DNA of 62,510 bases, the filler included, from Hausera hauseri (lineage: Eukaryota): NCBI GenBank assembly GCA_046269625.1. It is 12 parts of 12 records of this genome, joined end to end, with 100 filler letters (N's around TTAATTAATTAA, not from the genome) between each part and the next. Parts side by side here need not be neighbours in the genome. Positions count along the whole stretch, not along the records: positions 36,926 to 41,934 come from JBJURY010362706.1; positions 42,035 to 47,542 come from JBJURY010239184.1; positions 47,643 to 53,407 come from JBJURY010192305.1; 9 more parts are not named here. One strand, given 5' to 3'. Below are positions 36,826 to 50,600 of this stretch, in pieces. Made by a program: the position numbers and the translations under genes. Every line of letters begins with the position of its first letter. Position 1 is the first letter of the stretch. The notes under the pieces are model-generated. The model was not told the origin of the DNA. It was given only the letters and a program-made list of their open reading frames with translations, and did not search any database.

Positions 36826-39444
36826 NNNNNNNNNNNNNNNNNNNNNNNNNNNNNNNNNNNNNNNNNNNNTTAATTAATTAANNNNNNNNNNNNNNNNNNN
36901 NNNNNNNNNNNNNNNNNNNNNNNNNGCACTTACTTGGTACTTGATACTGACAATTCATCATCACAGAATGACAACAATACAGCTGAACGGTTCACAATGG
37001 ACTTGGACCAACCGCTAGAATTACGCATGGGAACCGGGGAAGTGACTATAACAGAATTCACAATTACATTTTCATCCTAATCAATACGTGAGAAAAGCGG
37101 TATTTACTTTGCTTGACTAGAAAAATACCCTATTTCAAGCCGTTTACAGTTAATCCGATACTCTAACAAATATATTCTTTGCAGTTTTTCGCGATCCAAT
37201 TTCGCGGTTTATGCTTATTTTTCAAACCTCTGTATGAAACTAGCACATCGATATCCCATAATATTGAAGTTTAAATCCATAGGTGATGCTCAGGCATGGG
37301 GTTTTCAATCAGTGATTGTACGGTCGAAAGGTCTACGGCTAGGTGGACATCTTATAATTGGTGAAAAATTGAAACTTTCCTCAAATATGACAGGGCACTT
37401 GTAGTGAACTGGATTGGGTCAGTATCAGTCTTTCGCTCGTGAATCAGTCTTTTCGCTCATATGACTTATTTATGGAAGTGGAACTGGAATTATGTGAATA
37501 AGCCAAGAAAACGGCTACATTAGCTGTAAAGACATGTGAAATAAACGCAGATGGTCATATTTTGCTTACAATACATGATAATGTTACATATTTTTCCATT
37601 GGTGAATTATTGCCTCGGAATCTATTTTTTTCAAAACGCGAATTCTATCAAACTATTGTTGGACAATCTACTGTTGCCAAACACAAACCGCAACTCCATG
37701 GAGCATTTCATAGAATTAACATTTTAACAAACTTAACCGAATCCGTAATTGTTGCTGGAGAATGTAAACAACTACTGGCTTCTATCGAACTGGATTCTGA
37801 CACGTACAAAACATCAAGTGAAACTGTTCACGTTAATATGCTCAGACCCATGTATTTATCGTTGTCTCACAATGTTATGCACAGTATTTCCGTGTATATA
37901 GTCGTCGAATTTTGGAAGCCCATTAAATTTCTGTTTAAATCCAAGACACATTTGATGCTACATTTTCGTCGTCATCATCGATAATAAAAAACAGCGTCAT
38001 TACTATCATCATCATCATCATTATCGAGATCATGAGTATTTACATGGTATTGCCGAGCAACAATTGTCCGACGACTCATGCGAACAATTCAGCCGGTGAA
38101 TACGTTGTAGATTGGAACAATTCTTTGGATTTATCTGTAAAATAGGAGGTTGCAATGACGGAATTTAACTTTCCCTACGCACCGGTGACATTGAAACGTA
38201 GTATGAATATAACGTACAACAAGACTGTTCCTGAAACCAAAACACATGCTGACACTTACTAACAATAAAATAACGGTAGGATAATCGGCCATTTGCATGA
38301 CCAGTACAAATTACGCTTTATACGGCAAGATCAATGTTTTTACTTTTGGAGAAAACTTACATTTATAACAGACTTTTAATTTACTGTCAGCTATGAGTCC
38401 TCTGATATAGTGTCGAAATTTGGATTCAAAAATACAGAGTACAAGGGTAAAGATATTAAAAGTGAATATGCGGTTGCTCCAAGATTAGGTCTCATATATT
38501 AGCAGACAATGGTGAAATTTACCTATACAGTACAAAGGATGTCAACATTATACATATCAATTGGAGAGAATGTCTGTTGCGAATCTGTAGCACATCTCTG
38601 TCGACACTTTTCAAATCAAAAGTACAAGGATATATTTAAAGTTTTCGAGTCAGATGCAAGTGGGTACATTAAATTTGAACTGACTAAGGATATTGTCGAT
38701 ATTTCATTGGACAAAGCTTTGGCCATGGTACTGGGTTTTGAAAAACAGCGGTTTGAGGCATCGAATACGAAGATGGCACATATTGCAACACTTAAACCCA
38801 ATTTGAAAACTGGACTAAGTAAAATGTACATTTACGTGAACGTCACTGAACCGAGTTTGGTGGATGGAGTACGTGTACCACTACTCCGGACAATTTATCC
38901 GGAAAGCAGCAAGTATACAGCCGGCGACAATGTCACTGTCAAGCTCGATAATCTAATGTACCTACTTTTGGCATCTACATCTATAAACAATGTAGAAGTG
39001 AATATCCGATATGACGACGGCTTCTTCATCGAATTTCCGTATGGTACAACAACCAGTGTAACCATTCATTTCCGTCGCAAACATGTTTGATTCTCATTTT
39101 GTATCCACTTACAGTAAACCTCAGCAGGGCAGTGAACTGCTGTATTTCGTTGGTAAACAGTATGGATCTGGATGGTTGCGTACATTGGCAAGTTTAGCAT
39201 TTCCGGTGTTGACGATTATTGGATCCGTGGCAGCAAAAATGGCACAATTTGTTTTATGAAAAAAAGCCGATTCTTCCATTGTTAAAGGAATGCGCCTTGT
39301 CAGAAATAAAAGATGCTGCACCGGGAGACAGTCAGTGAGACATTCTAAAAACAATTCATCGGTAGTGTTTTGAAAAAACGTCGTACAGCATCGAGCTTAT
39401 CAACTATAAACAAACGTCGTCATACGATTTTCGATTGATTGAAC

Positions 39445-40676
39445 ATAGCATCTGCAAAATCTGATTTGTGTATGTTTGACAAGGCCGCGCAACAAGTTGT
39501 TATTAACAATGCGGCGTTTGAAGAAATCTACCCCGTTGACTCGGTTTCAACAGAGGACAACATTGACATTTAGTTAGATATAATGGCATCGGACAATGTA
39601 TACCTAGATTTGAATGATACCCTGCTGAACGTAAAAGTCTTTGTTAAAAAAGATGCATCGATGGCTCTCGCTGCAACGGACATTGTCACACAAGCAAATT
39701 TCTTTTTAATCACACTTTTCCAGGACGCTTTACTGACTCTAAACAGTGTTAAAATTGAAGGCAATACCAGTCTGTACAGTATCAAAACGCACATTGAAAC
39801 GGTTTTGAATATTAGTGTAGACACGAAAACGACTCACTTGAAAACCATTGGATACGATGCCACTGTAGCAAATAGTCAGACATGGGTGGCAAAATCAAAG
39901 GGTTTTACAATGTGTGGACCACTGTATTTTACTTTTCCGATCAGCCGAAATACCTGTTACCTGGCGTTAAAGCCATGATTCGACTCAAACTCTGTGACAG
40001 TTTCTTTTGTTTGAAAACTTGGGTTGCAAATCTTAAATCCATACTGAAAATTACCGAGGCGCAATTATACGTACGTCGTGTAAAGGTAGAACCATCTGTG
40101 CTCATGGGACATCAATTGGGTTTGGAAACTACGAATGCCTGTTACCCGACACAACGCACAGAACTCGTGTTTTACTCCATACCCAACGGTTCGACAATAT
40201 TTTACAAGGACGCATTTTTTGGCGATATGCAACTGCCGAAATTTGTGCTTGTTACATTCCAAACGACTACACATCAAACCGGTAGTTATGCTACCGATTC
40301 GGAAACGTTCACCAACAGCAGTGTGAATTGCATCACTTTGCGTAAAAATGCTAATTTCGTTGAGACGTACAAGAAAAATTTTAAGACCGATGATTACGTT
40401 TGCACTTATATGCAAACTTCCGTGCGCAATATGAGTATAATGAATAAAAATCTCAACAATGGTATATCGATGGATTTGTTTAAGTCCGCCTATCCGTTTT
40501 TCACCTTTGTCCTGGCTCCGGATTATGATGCTGAACAGGCTCAACTATGTTTACAGGAAAACCTACGTTTAGAGGTTCACTTCGCCGAAGCGCTGACACA
40601 GTCTACCGTTATGTACATTTACGGTGTAATAGATGCCGAGGTAGAAATAACGAAAAACGGAACCGTCATTTTATAA
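39445..40676 (+). pseudogene. Major capsid protein, full length (about 410 aa), frameshifted, copy C
   Basis: KSDLCMFD, YLDLNDTLL, QPKYLLPGV, LPKFVLVTF, FFTFVLAPD, NLRLEVHFAEAL. Confidence 0.9.
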
Positions 40677-40730
40677 ATAAAATTGAAAGTCTTTCTCTTT
40701 TCTAACATGAAGTAATTTATTATTGCTACT

Positions 40731-41096
40731 ATGCTTAAATCAAGTTTTATGTTTAGCTCCACTGAAGTCAGTCACTATGGAAAACTCATGGGTGTGAATT
40801 TTCGTGGTGTGTTTCCACTGGACCGTGTGCCGCGTGATATACCACAAGTTGTTGGTTTCATTGCCAGTACACAAACTTCATCGTTACCGGGCGTACATGG
40901 AATTGCTGTGTACGTCCATCCGGCCGTCGTAAGAGTATTCGATCCGCTCGGATTTTACTATTCGTCATAGCCAGTTTCTCAAACTGAACCACAATCTCAT
41001 CGTGTTGAATATAATCGACTTCATTGTCAACATCCATTGACCGTATTATGTAGACATTACTGCTTATTGTGGCTTACATTACAAACTCTTGTGTGA
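40731..41096 (+). pseudogene. Adenain-like (C5) cysteine protease
   Basis: FRGVFPLD, PGVH(G)IAV, VFDPLG, CQHPLTVLCRHYC give the His/Asp/Gln/Cys order; internal stop at 40968. Confidence 0.85.
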
Positions 41097-41164
41097 ACAA
41101 TGACTAAATGTTTACTGTAGCTTTATGAATTTCAAATTCATGTTGTTTTGTTATGAAATGCTAC

Positions 41165-41300
41165 TGTCCGAAAGTGGGTCAGGTAAAAAAATGTTTGTTA
41201 CAGTGAGATAAGTGGGGAAATGTGGTTGTCCGAAAACTAGGTCAGTAAATAATTAAAATGACCGTTATAGCCAGATAGGTGGGGAAATTGTATTGGCCAA
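41165..41300. repeat. Two imperfect ~62-67-bp tandem repeats downstream of the protease
   Basis: TGTCCGAAA..GGTCAG..AAATG..AGATA(A/G)GTGGGGAAAT occurs twice. Confidence 0.7.
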
Positions 41301-42034
41301 AATGTTCCTTGTTATTGTAGTTAACTATTAGTCGTTAATTCTTTTTGACGGATTTAATTGGCAGCTCATTAAAACATAACTTTAGTGCGTTTAAAGTGAT
41401 GATGATGATGATGCTGATGATAGTTTTAACAACATTTTTTAACGACTTAATCGTCTGATCGTGAGGCGACCGTAATATGAAATGCTCAACTATTGATGGG
41501 CTACGTGTTCAACCCATTTCCACATTCGTCTGAAATTTTTCCCGTTTGAAATTTTTCCATCGGGTTTTCCCCATGTTACCGTGGTCAGGCAACATTGCAA
41601 CCGTGTTCCTTCGATTCGCCCTCATCGATTTGACCGTATGACTGATCTTCACTGTGCTCGTCACTTGTGTTGCGTTGCTTGTTGCAGATTTCCTGCTTTC
41701 CTTTTTTGTCATTTAGCTCCTCTCCCTTATATTTGTGCAGTCACCCGCGCTACAAACTTTTGCTCTTCTCATCATGAGTTACCGATTTGGTTCATTCCGC
41801 AGTATGTAACGTGAATCTGGGGATGAGGGGTGTGTGGTTAGGAGCGGACACTTCTATCTACTACCGTTTGATCCAGTTAAACCATCTTTCAAACGTTTTA
41901 TTCTTACTTCCATATATTTGCTTGGTACAAAAGTNNNNNNNNNNNNNNNNNNNNNNNNNNNNNNNNNNNNNNNNNNNNTTAATTAATTAANNNNNNNNNN
42001 NNNNNNNNNNNNNNNNNNNNNNNNNNNNNNNNNN

Positions 42035-45000
42035 CTGATAGGCTCCATACGGAAAATCACACGTTCTCATTGCGGAGCTAGTTTGATCCACAAATATTAT
42101 TTGGAATTTTACATAATCTTTAACCGATTCGCTTGCCTTGAACCATGCACATGGTTTGCTCCAGTCCATATCGCAGACTCTAAGTGACTACAAATTTTGC
42201 ATATCCTTACGTCTTTTCGCATGTTGTTGTTTTTCGGTTCGAGCTATTGGCCTTATTTTCGGCATATACGAAGCGATTAATGAAAGGCCAAGAATTGTTT
42301 GTACATATAATATCGGTCTGGTTACTATTGATGACATTTTCTTTTCTTTCTTTGTTTGACTCCTATTTTCTTTACTTGAACGCAGATTATAGCGTTTATT
42401 TGCCTTATTTCCGTTTTAACCACTCTTTTAACGACCTCTTCTTTGCCATTTTTGTTCGTACAAATTGTGGCCGGCGTGGTTCTGCGAACCTCATAAGGTC
42501 CTATTCCGGTTCGAGTGAGCTTCAAAGATGTGCCTTTCTTGGCTACCGGGTAGTGTACATAAACCCAATTTCCTTGTTCTAGATCATGTGATTTAGCCTT
42601 CTTGTCGTATTGCTTTTTAAATTGTTCTTGATACCATTGAGAAAATTCTTNNNNNNNNNNTTCGCGGGATGTGGCGTAGTATTAATAGCAAATTGAGTAT
42701 CTTCTAGAAATTCATCCCAATCCTTCTGATCTTTTGCGACTGCTGTTGACAAAATTCGTACAACCGTTGCGTTCATTCGTTCGACCATTCAGTTGCATTG
42801 AGGGTGATAAGCTGTCGTCGTTAATTGTTCAATCTCAAATATTTTGGTAATTTTATCGAATAATTCACTTGTAAAATTCCTTCCTTGATCCTCCAAGTGT
42901 GTTCGGGCAGTCCATATCTGCAAATAATTTTCCTTACTACGGCTTCTGCCAGAGTTTCAGCCTTTTGATCAGTAAGTGCTATCTGTTCGACAAAATGAGT
43001 TAATCGGTCGATACATGTCAGAATATATTTATTACTTTTGTGAGTTGTAGGTAATGGTCCTACGATATCCGTAGACATTGCTTGTATCGGCCTATCCTGT
43101 ACATTTATCGGTTTGAGTACAGCAATATAATATCGCACTTTTTAGTGTTTAGTTGCGCATACTTCACAAGCGTTTACCCAATTTTTTACATCAATATAAA
43201 TGCTTGGCCAGTAATATTTATTCAATATTTGTTCGAATGTCTTTTTCAAGGACATGTTTCCAGCTAAGTATGAGTCATGTTCGGCCATTAACATTTGGGT
43301 TCATAATCCTTTTGTTATAACTGCTAATTTTTGTCCTTTACGTTAGTAATATAAAACATTTTCGTGGCTTTCGTCATTTGATACACAATATTTATGACCG
43401 TATCTCTGTAAATGTTTTCGTAACTGGTGGCCTTTTGGTATTATATCTTTTCTACAGATTCAATTCTTTGTTGCATAACCCTATCCTTCTTTTGTTCAAA
43501 AGGAATCATAATTGATTTATCCAGCGTTAAAGCTCGTTGTCTATCCGGTAACTCCTCGAGTTGAGTTTTTCTTATTACAGTAGTTGCGCTTGTTTCAGAT
43601 TTTAGTATAGATAGTGCATTGGCATCGACATGTTTACTTCCGAGCTTATACTGGAATTCGATATTATATCATAAAATTCCTTCGATCCATCTGTTTAGTC
43701 TACACATCGGACTATTTGCTCTTCCTTTTAAAGTCGTAATGGCCTTGTGATAAGTAAAAATTATAATTTTCTGCCCGTACACCTAAACATTACGTTTCAA
43801 ACTCCGTAACTGAGTAATTGTTTTCCGCCTTCTTCAATGATCGTCCTCCATAGGTTATCCGGTGTTCCTATTCCTCATCTTCACGTTTCTGGGCTAACTT
43901 ATATCCAATACCTTCTTTGCTAGCGTCAGTTTTAATTACAAATGGCAAACTAAAATCAGTATATCTTAAAACTGGTTCACTGGTTAAATTTTCTTCATTT
44001 CGTCGAAAGCTTTCTGTTTAACATCTGTCTATTTTCATTTAATCCCTTTTTACGTAAACGATACAATGGTGCATTTATTTTCGAATTATCTGCTGTGTAT
44101 GTAGCGTAGTATCTATACAAGCCTAACTAATGTCACTAATCTATTTGATTCTGATACGATCCGATATTTTGTTTAATAATGAATTGTCGGGTTTTGATCC
44201 TCCTTTTCCAACTATATGTCTAAGGTAGGATACTGCATTTTGGACCTATTTACACATCTTAGGATTCAGCTTCAATCCTGCTTGTTCCAATCTCATGAGT
44301 GTATCTTCACTATTTTTTAAGTGTTCCTATTCCGTTCTTGACGCGATATTACGTTGTCGAAATATGCAAATTTGTGTTTCAATCGCATCAATATTTTGTT
44401 CATCATTCGGATAAAAATAGCTGGTCCGGTTGTTATCCCGAGTGGCATAACGTTAAATTTGTATAAGCCATCATTAGTTTTAAATGCTGTTTTCTAGCGG
44501 TCTTCATCCTCTATCTCTGCCTTCCAGTATGTGGATTGCAAGTCTAGTGTAGTAAACCATTTTGCTTATGAGGATTTATTTAGGGCTTCTTTTACTGATG
44601 GTTATGGAAAAGAGTCTTTCATTATAAAGGTGTTCAACGCTCGGTAATCGGTACGAAATCCATGTTTTGTGATACCTTTCTTTCTGACCATGAGTATAGG
44701 TGAATACCAAGATCTGTAACGAGATCTAATTATGTCAGCTTTATGCATTCTTTCGACTTCTTTTGTTATTTCGCGCCTTAGTGAGTGCGGCGTAGGATAC
44801 CATTTTGGGATCTTTTGACTTTTAAGGTCGATTTAATCGTTTGAACCAGTTTTTTTCTTAAACGGAATCGTTAACCTCAGATCTATGACTGCCAATATCT
44901 TCTTCGTCTTTAGCAATAATTGATTTATAACGACACATGAGATCATAAAAGCGACAATACGATTCTGGTGAAAATTGAGTTTCAACATGCGTCGGAAATT

Positions 45001-45240
45001 CGGCGCATCTATAAGGTTTTTCCTCTATAGTTATTGATGATACTTTATAAGTATGGCCCAAAGTAGTATTAGCGTACAGTTTAATGGCGGTTGGCGCATT
45101 TTAGCTATACTGATCGGTAAACGACCTGTTGATACTCTCGTTAGTACATTACTGAACACGATGCTCGGATTTAACATTTCCATTGGTTCGAAATATTCTG
45201 TTTGATCGTCGTCTTAGTGAATTTGTGTGTAAATCAGCAT
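42035..45240 (-). mobile_element. Ty3/Gypsy family 3, second degenerate copy (RT, RH, integrase, post-integrase ORF)
   Basis: Nucleotide-collinear with 21457-23160; DIVGPLP..KYILTCIDRLT, MVERMNAT, GPYEV. Confidence 0.9.
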
Positions 45241-45345
45241 ACCTCTAACATCGAGAGTTAATTAAATTGTTACATAGATCTGAAGGTTTGGAAAAATTGA
45301 TCAAAATGGAATAAGCTTCTCAATTTGAATAATGTTACATGTACA

Positions 45346-45602
45346 CAGAGGCTGATCTAGAGAAATCGGTACCCTGAGAAAAAGTAGATTCCCGTACCCC
45401 CTGATTACTAGTTACTTTATTCTTGCATAATTACTACAAACTGCAACCAGCGATATTAATTATTTATAGATCAGTACATATTTGAACAACATTTTCAGCT
45501 TCTTATTAATTGTGTAATGGTGAGTCAAACCAATTTTCCGGGCTCACTGCCTTCTGTGCCCCGGGCAGCTGCTTCGGTTGCTTAACCCTCCATCGGCCAC
45601 TG
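45346..45602. mobile_element. Possible MITE
   Basis: Imperfect TIRs CAGAGGCTGAT / ATCGGCCACTG; no TSD seen. Confidence 0.35.
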
Positions 45603-45878
45603 GGTGCCTACATTCAAGACAAAAACAGTTGGTGTTGGATATATGAAAGACCCTATTACTTTCAAAGACTTAGGACCTCATTAAACCTTAATGTGGAACT
45701 GGTTTTCATTCATGAACACTGTGGACATTTTATCCTCAGATTGTTTTGTGATAAAACTCTGAATTATAACTGTGAGGAGGAATTTAAACGAATATTAAGG
45801 TTTAAATTCAAATCAAAGTTAATTCAATAAATAGCCAATATCAAGTCGAGAAATTCAAAAAAGGATGAAAATAAGACT

Positions 45879-46002
45879 CATTTAATGAGTGAATGAGATA
45901 ATTGTTATACCAACTTTTATAATAAATTTCTTATGCATAATTCAATCTTACAATCATCGAATGACGTTGAGGTCGGAATGGTAGATACGCGATCTACTAA
46001 CA
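45879..46002 (+). repeat. Probable LTR 3' end, homologous to 21330-21456
   Basis: Direct sequence similarity; ends TAACA. Confidence 0.65.
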
Positions 46003-46163
46003 TTTGTAATATTCACCTTTGATGCATAATTGTTAATCAAATGGGGTTTCTAATGTGTAAGTAGTGCATATCCTTTGAACGCGCTGATCACGCTTTACTT
46101 CTGCATGCAGTTGTTTAAGTTTATCAATTGCGTTGTTTAAATTTGAAAAGTAGTCACAAAGCA

Positions 46164-47212
46164 ATGGATAAGAAGCATTTGCGTACGATTTTTTATACGA
46201 GTTCAAGCTCGGTCATAATGCAGTTGAAGCTAGCCGTAATATAAACTGTCTTTGGAAAGACAGTGTAAATGAAAGAACTGTGCAACGTTGGTTTGTACAA
46301 TTCTGTGGGTGAGATGAAAGCCTCGAGGATGAAGAAAGATCTGGTCGTTCCTATGTAATTAACAACGATGAACTGAAAGCTTTGATCGAAGCTGATCCTC
46401 ACCAAACTATTGCGGAGCTTACAGAACAATTAGGAGTTCGTTCATCAACAGTGTGTAAGCATCTGCACCAACTGGGTAAATCCAAGAAGCTGGAGAAATG
46501 GGTGCCGCATGAACTGAACGAAAAACATAGAAATCTCCGCTACGAATTGTGTTCATCGCTTCTTCTGGGCAATAAAACGAACCGTTTCTTGATCTCATTG
46601 TTACGTGCGATGAAAAATGGATTATTTATGACAACAGACCACGTGCGGTCAGTGGTTGGATAAAGGTGAACTTCCAAAACAATTTCCCGAACCTAATTTG
46701 CATATCAAGAAGGTTATGACGATAGTTTGGTTGTCTGTAGCTGGGATCGTCGATTATGGCTTTCTGAATCCGGGAGAAACCATCACAGCCGAGATGCCCT
46801 GTCGTCTAATCGATGAAATGCACAAGAAATTACTACGTCTTTAACCAGCATTGTTCAATCAAAAATGTCTTATATTCCTCAACGATTCCTCAAAAATGAC
46901 ACTCCAGAAGCTGCACCCGCCTTACTCACCTGACCTGTCACCGACAGATTATCACCTCTTTTACTACCTCGACCCCTTCTTGAAGGAGAAAACCTTCGAA
47001 GATCAAGCTACTGCTAAGAAGGCCTTCGAAGACTTCCTTCACTCCCTGACTCCTGATTTTTACAAATCTGGAATACATAAGCTTGTATCCCGTTGGGAAG
47101 AATGTGTACACTCTGAAGGTTTTTATTTCTAGTTAATATGTTTTGTTTTGGCAAAGTTATGCGTCTTTTAAATTATGGTTATAAAACCACATAACTTTTC
47201 GAACGACTGGAT
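46164..47212 (+). mobile_element. Mariner transposon (Hsmar1/SETMAR-like), degenerate transposase plus right TIR
   Basis: YEFKLGHNA, TVQRWF, LEDEERSGR, WVPHEL, HPPYSPDLSPTDYHLF; TIR-like AAAACCACATAACTTTTCGAACGACTGGATA. Confidence 0.95.
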
Positions 47213-47642
47213 AGCTCATAATGACATTTGAAAGAAATGTTATAATTTGTACTAAGTTCTGCGTGGGAATCAAAAGAGCGATAAATAGAACTGACGTATA
47301 TTATTCATTCATTTCATTACTTAAGCCAAGTTTTATACCGAGTTATCGATCCATCGTTTTGCATGATCGATTATTTCACTAGCCATTAGAATATTCTTAT
47401 TGCAATGTTAGCAGATGATAAGAAGCACATAAGGGAATTGACGCAGCGAAGAATTATTTGCGCACGTTTAGAGTAATATGATCATCATCGCATGTTTGAT
47501 AGGCTTTCGCTACCATTTGAAGCAGAAGATTACATTTATCGGNNNNNNNNNNNNNNNNNNNNNNNNNNNNNNNNNNNNNNNNNNNNTTAATTAATTAANN
47601 NNNNNNNNNNNNNNNNNNNNNNNNNNNNNNNNNNNNNNNNNN

Positions 47643-50600
47643 TTTCTCACTACTAACGTCTGTGGATAAATCCAAGAAGACTTTCAGAAACACTGCCAAA
47701 ATTTTTAACACAAAATTCGATCATCTGAAAGACACGTTAAATAATCAAAACTCGGCGCCAATTTTCACCATGCAATTAAATGCCACTCTGACGGTTGCAT
47801 TCTGCGACACGGATGCTTTTACCCCGGTGTTTGGTCGCAGTTGCGGCGTGACCGAGGCATCGGCTGCTCACCCAACGGCCGTGGGGCAGGCCGCACAACG
47901 CGCGTGATTACCACGCCACGCCTTAGGCACTCACTCGCCCACTGTGTTTTCATTTTTCTTTAAGAACAAATATATGCACATATATTACACTCTCACAGAC
48001 TACAACGCACCATCTGTATTCTCTTGTCACAAAGCACCTCCACTTCAAAAGCATCTATTTGCATCTCAACGGTTTCATTCTTCAGTCCACAGACGATTCA
48101 TCTTATACCACATTTTTCCTTTCTTCTCTTCACATCATAACCGTAACACCTAACCTTCTTGGTGGTTCCGACATTAACCCAGATACTTCGGAGCATAAAA
48201 AACTTCATTCGTACCCAGTCATCGTGGCAAAATCACCTTCCAACTCTTCGAAATTCCAGTGTGTCGATTTTTTGGACAGCCGAAACTCCCCACGGACTTG
48301 GCTAGACTTCCATGCTCGTTGGCTAAAAGCTTACAATCTGACATATTCTTTCCTAAAAGCCAACAGTCTACTTATTTACATTCCTTCTTCTTTAAGATCA
48401 CGTTTATCAAATCTTGCAGATATCTTTGCTAGAAGGACCCTTATAACTCACTTCACACCGCAGTTCTAAAGCTTACTAAACCATCTATCTATGAAATAAT
48501 TCAAAAATTCTTTAATGAAAACGCGTTAAATTACAGCAAACCGTCCGAATTTCTTCGCACAACCCTTTCACAGCTCAGNNNNNNNNNNGATTGTCATCAT
48601 AATGATCTTTCAACGCATCCTCCTCAAAACATTTATACAACGATTTACGTCATTATTTTCTCTAATCCCTGCCGAAAGATATCAAGGCCCTGCTTACTGT
48701 CGTTGAGGACAGTGCCTCGCTGGAAAAATTAGCCCAATTGGCTGATAAAAGCTTTGATATACTACATACTCAAAATTCACCCAGCATTGCAGCAGCACTC
48801 ACAACATAAACAACTTGTAATCAACATACAATGTCGAATATTGACAATCAGCTACAATCATTATACGCCGAAAACGTTTCATTAAGGCAAGCTATTACAT
48901 CAATGACAAACAAATTTAATCAAATTACAGTGCTGCGCAGAACTTTTTCTGGGAATCGACAACTTCCCAACAGATTAAATGGTTCTTCGCCCAACAGTTC
49001 TCTTGTACGCGGCCACATCTGTTTTTTTCATTTCAAATTTAAACAATGCGCCAATAAATGGTGAATAGGATACAGATTTTATAATCAAAACTTTAGATTA
49101 AATGACTCCGTTTGCGTTTATTACAATAAATTTTGCGACAACGCTCGCAAATGCTTACCAGGCTGTAAATTTTACAATTTTTCGGCACAGTCTAACTTAC
49201 CAACGCATTCAAAAAATGTACAATGCCATCAGAAGTAACTGCAACTTTTGGTCAAGGCGCAAACACTTCATTAAACAGCCCTAACGCAGTCATTGCTGTC
49301 ACTACACTGCAAGCTACCATTACGTCCAAATTTCTTCCATCTCTTTTTTATTGACACTGGAGCTGCAAGGTCACTTCTTCCGCTCCCTTATGAATTGCAA
49401 AAATCTTATTCATTCAGTAAATCATTATTTACTGCCAATGCTGATCCATTGCGCACCATTGGCACTGCACATCCCTCTTTTTCTCTGTCCAATTTTTCCA
49501 AACAGTTTTCTTGGAAATTCATTATAGCAAATGTACAAAGTTAAATCCTGGGATCCGATTTTCTTTCATACTACAATTTGCTAATTGATTGCTGACAGCG
49601 TCGTTTGATGGAGAGCTCCACCTTTTGCTCTAAAGTTTTACCGGCTTCTAATATTTTGAATTCAATTTCTTCAGAACGCCATTCTGTGACCGACAGCGAT
49701 TTAACTCAGTCAATTACTAAACCCAATATAAAATCAATTTTAAAAAGTGCAAATGTTAGGAATAATTCATATAATCGGATTGCGAGTGTTAATAGTGGCT
49801 AGTCATTCTCTTCAAACAATATAACATCAAACCAAACCACCTTAGCCACTGACAAACGTGTGCCAACATCCCATTCATTTTTCGGCCAATTAACAATGGA
49901 TCTGCAAACATTTGTGACTGCGCAATGCCCAAGAATTCTTAAAAAAGACCCCAGCTTTAAATGTCCCATCAAAACATTTCACCACATAATTACCTCTTAT
50001 CAATGTCTAATTCGGCAAAAATTGCGACCTCTTTCACCACGTAGAAGAAAAGCTGTTGCTGAAGAGTTTCAAACTTTAGAGAACGCTGGTATCATCAGAC
50101 GTTCTAAGTCACCTTGGGCTTCACCGTTACATGTCGTGTCCAAGAAGGACGGTACTTTTAGACCTTATGATGACTATCGCCAACTAAACACTATAGCGAT
50201 CATGGACGCATGCACCCTGCCACTGATCAAATACATATTGCACAAACTCCATAGCAAAACAATCTTTTCGTTTATCGATCTCCACAAGGCATATTACCAA
50301 ATTCCAGTCGCTGCCGCTGACATCGAAAACGGCTGTGATAACACCTTTCGGCCTTTTTGAGTGTATTTACATGCCTTTTGGCCTTTGCAGTGCCTCACAG
50401 ACATTCCAAAGGCACATTGACACAGTTCTGGATGACCTAGACTTTGCTTTCCCATATATAAACGACATTCTAATCGTTTCTTCATCATCCAAACAGCTTG
50501 CGCATAAGCTTCCAGCGCCCGAATCAGAACAAACTTGAAGTGAACTTCGCCAAATGCTTTTTTTTCCAACATAAAATCAACTTTCTTTTACATATTATCA

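Larger units (their letters stand above)
36926..41096 (+). mobile_element. Polinton/adintovirus-like element copy C (penton-1 36926-37984, penton-2 38031-39090, small protein 39083-39438, MCP, protease)
   Basis: Collinear with copy B and extends it at the 3' end. Confidence 0.92.
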
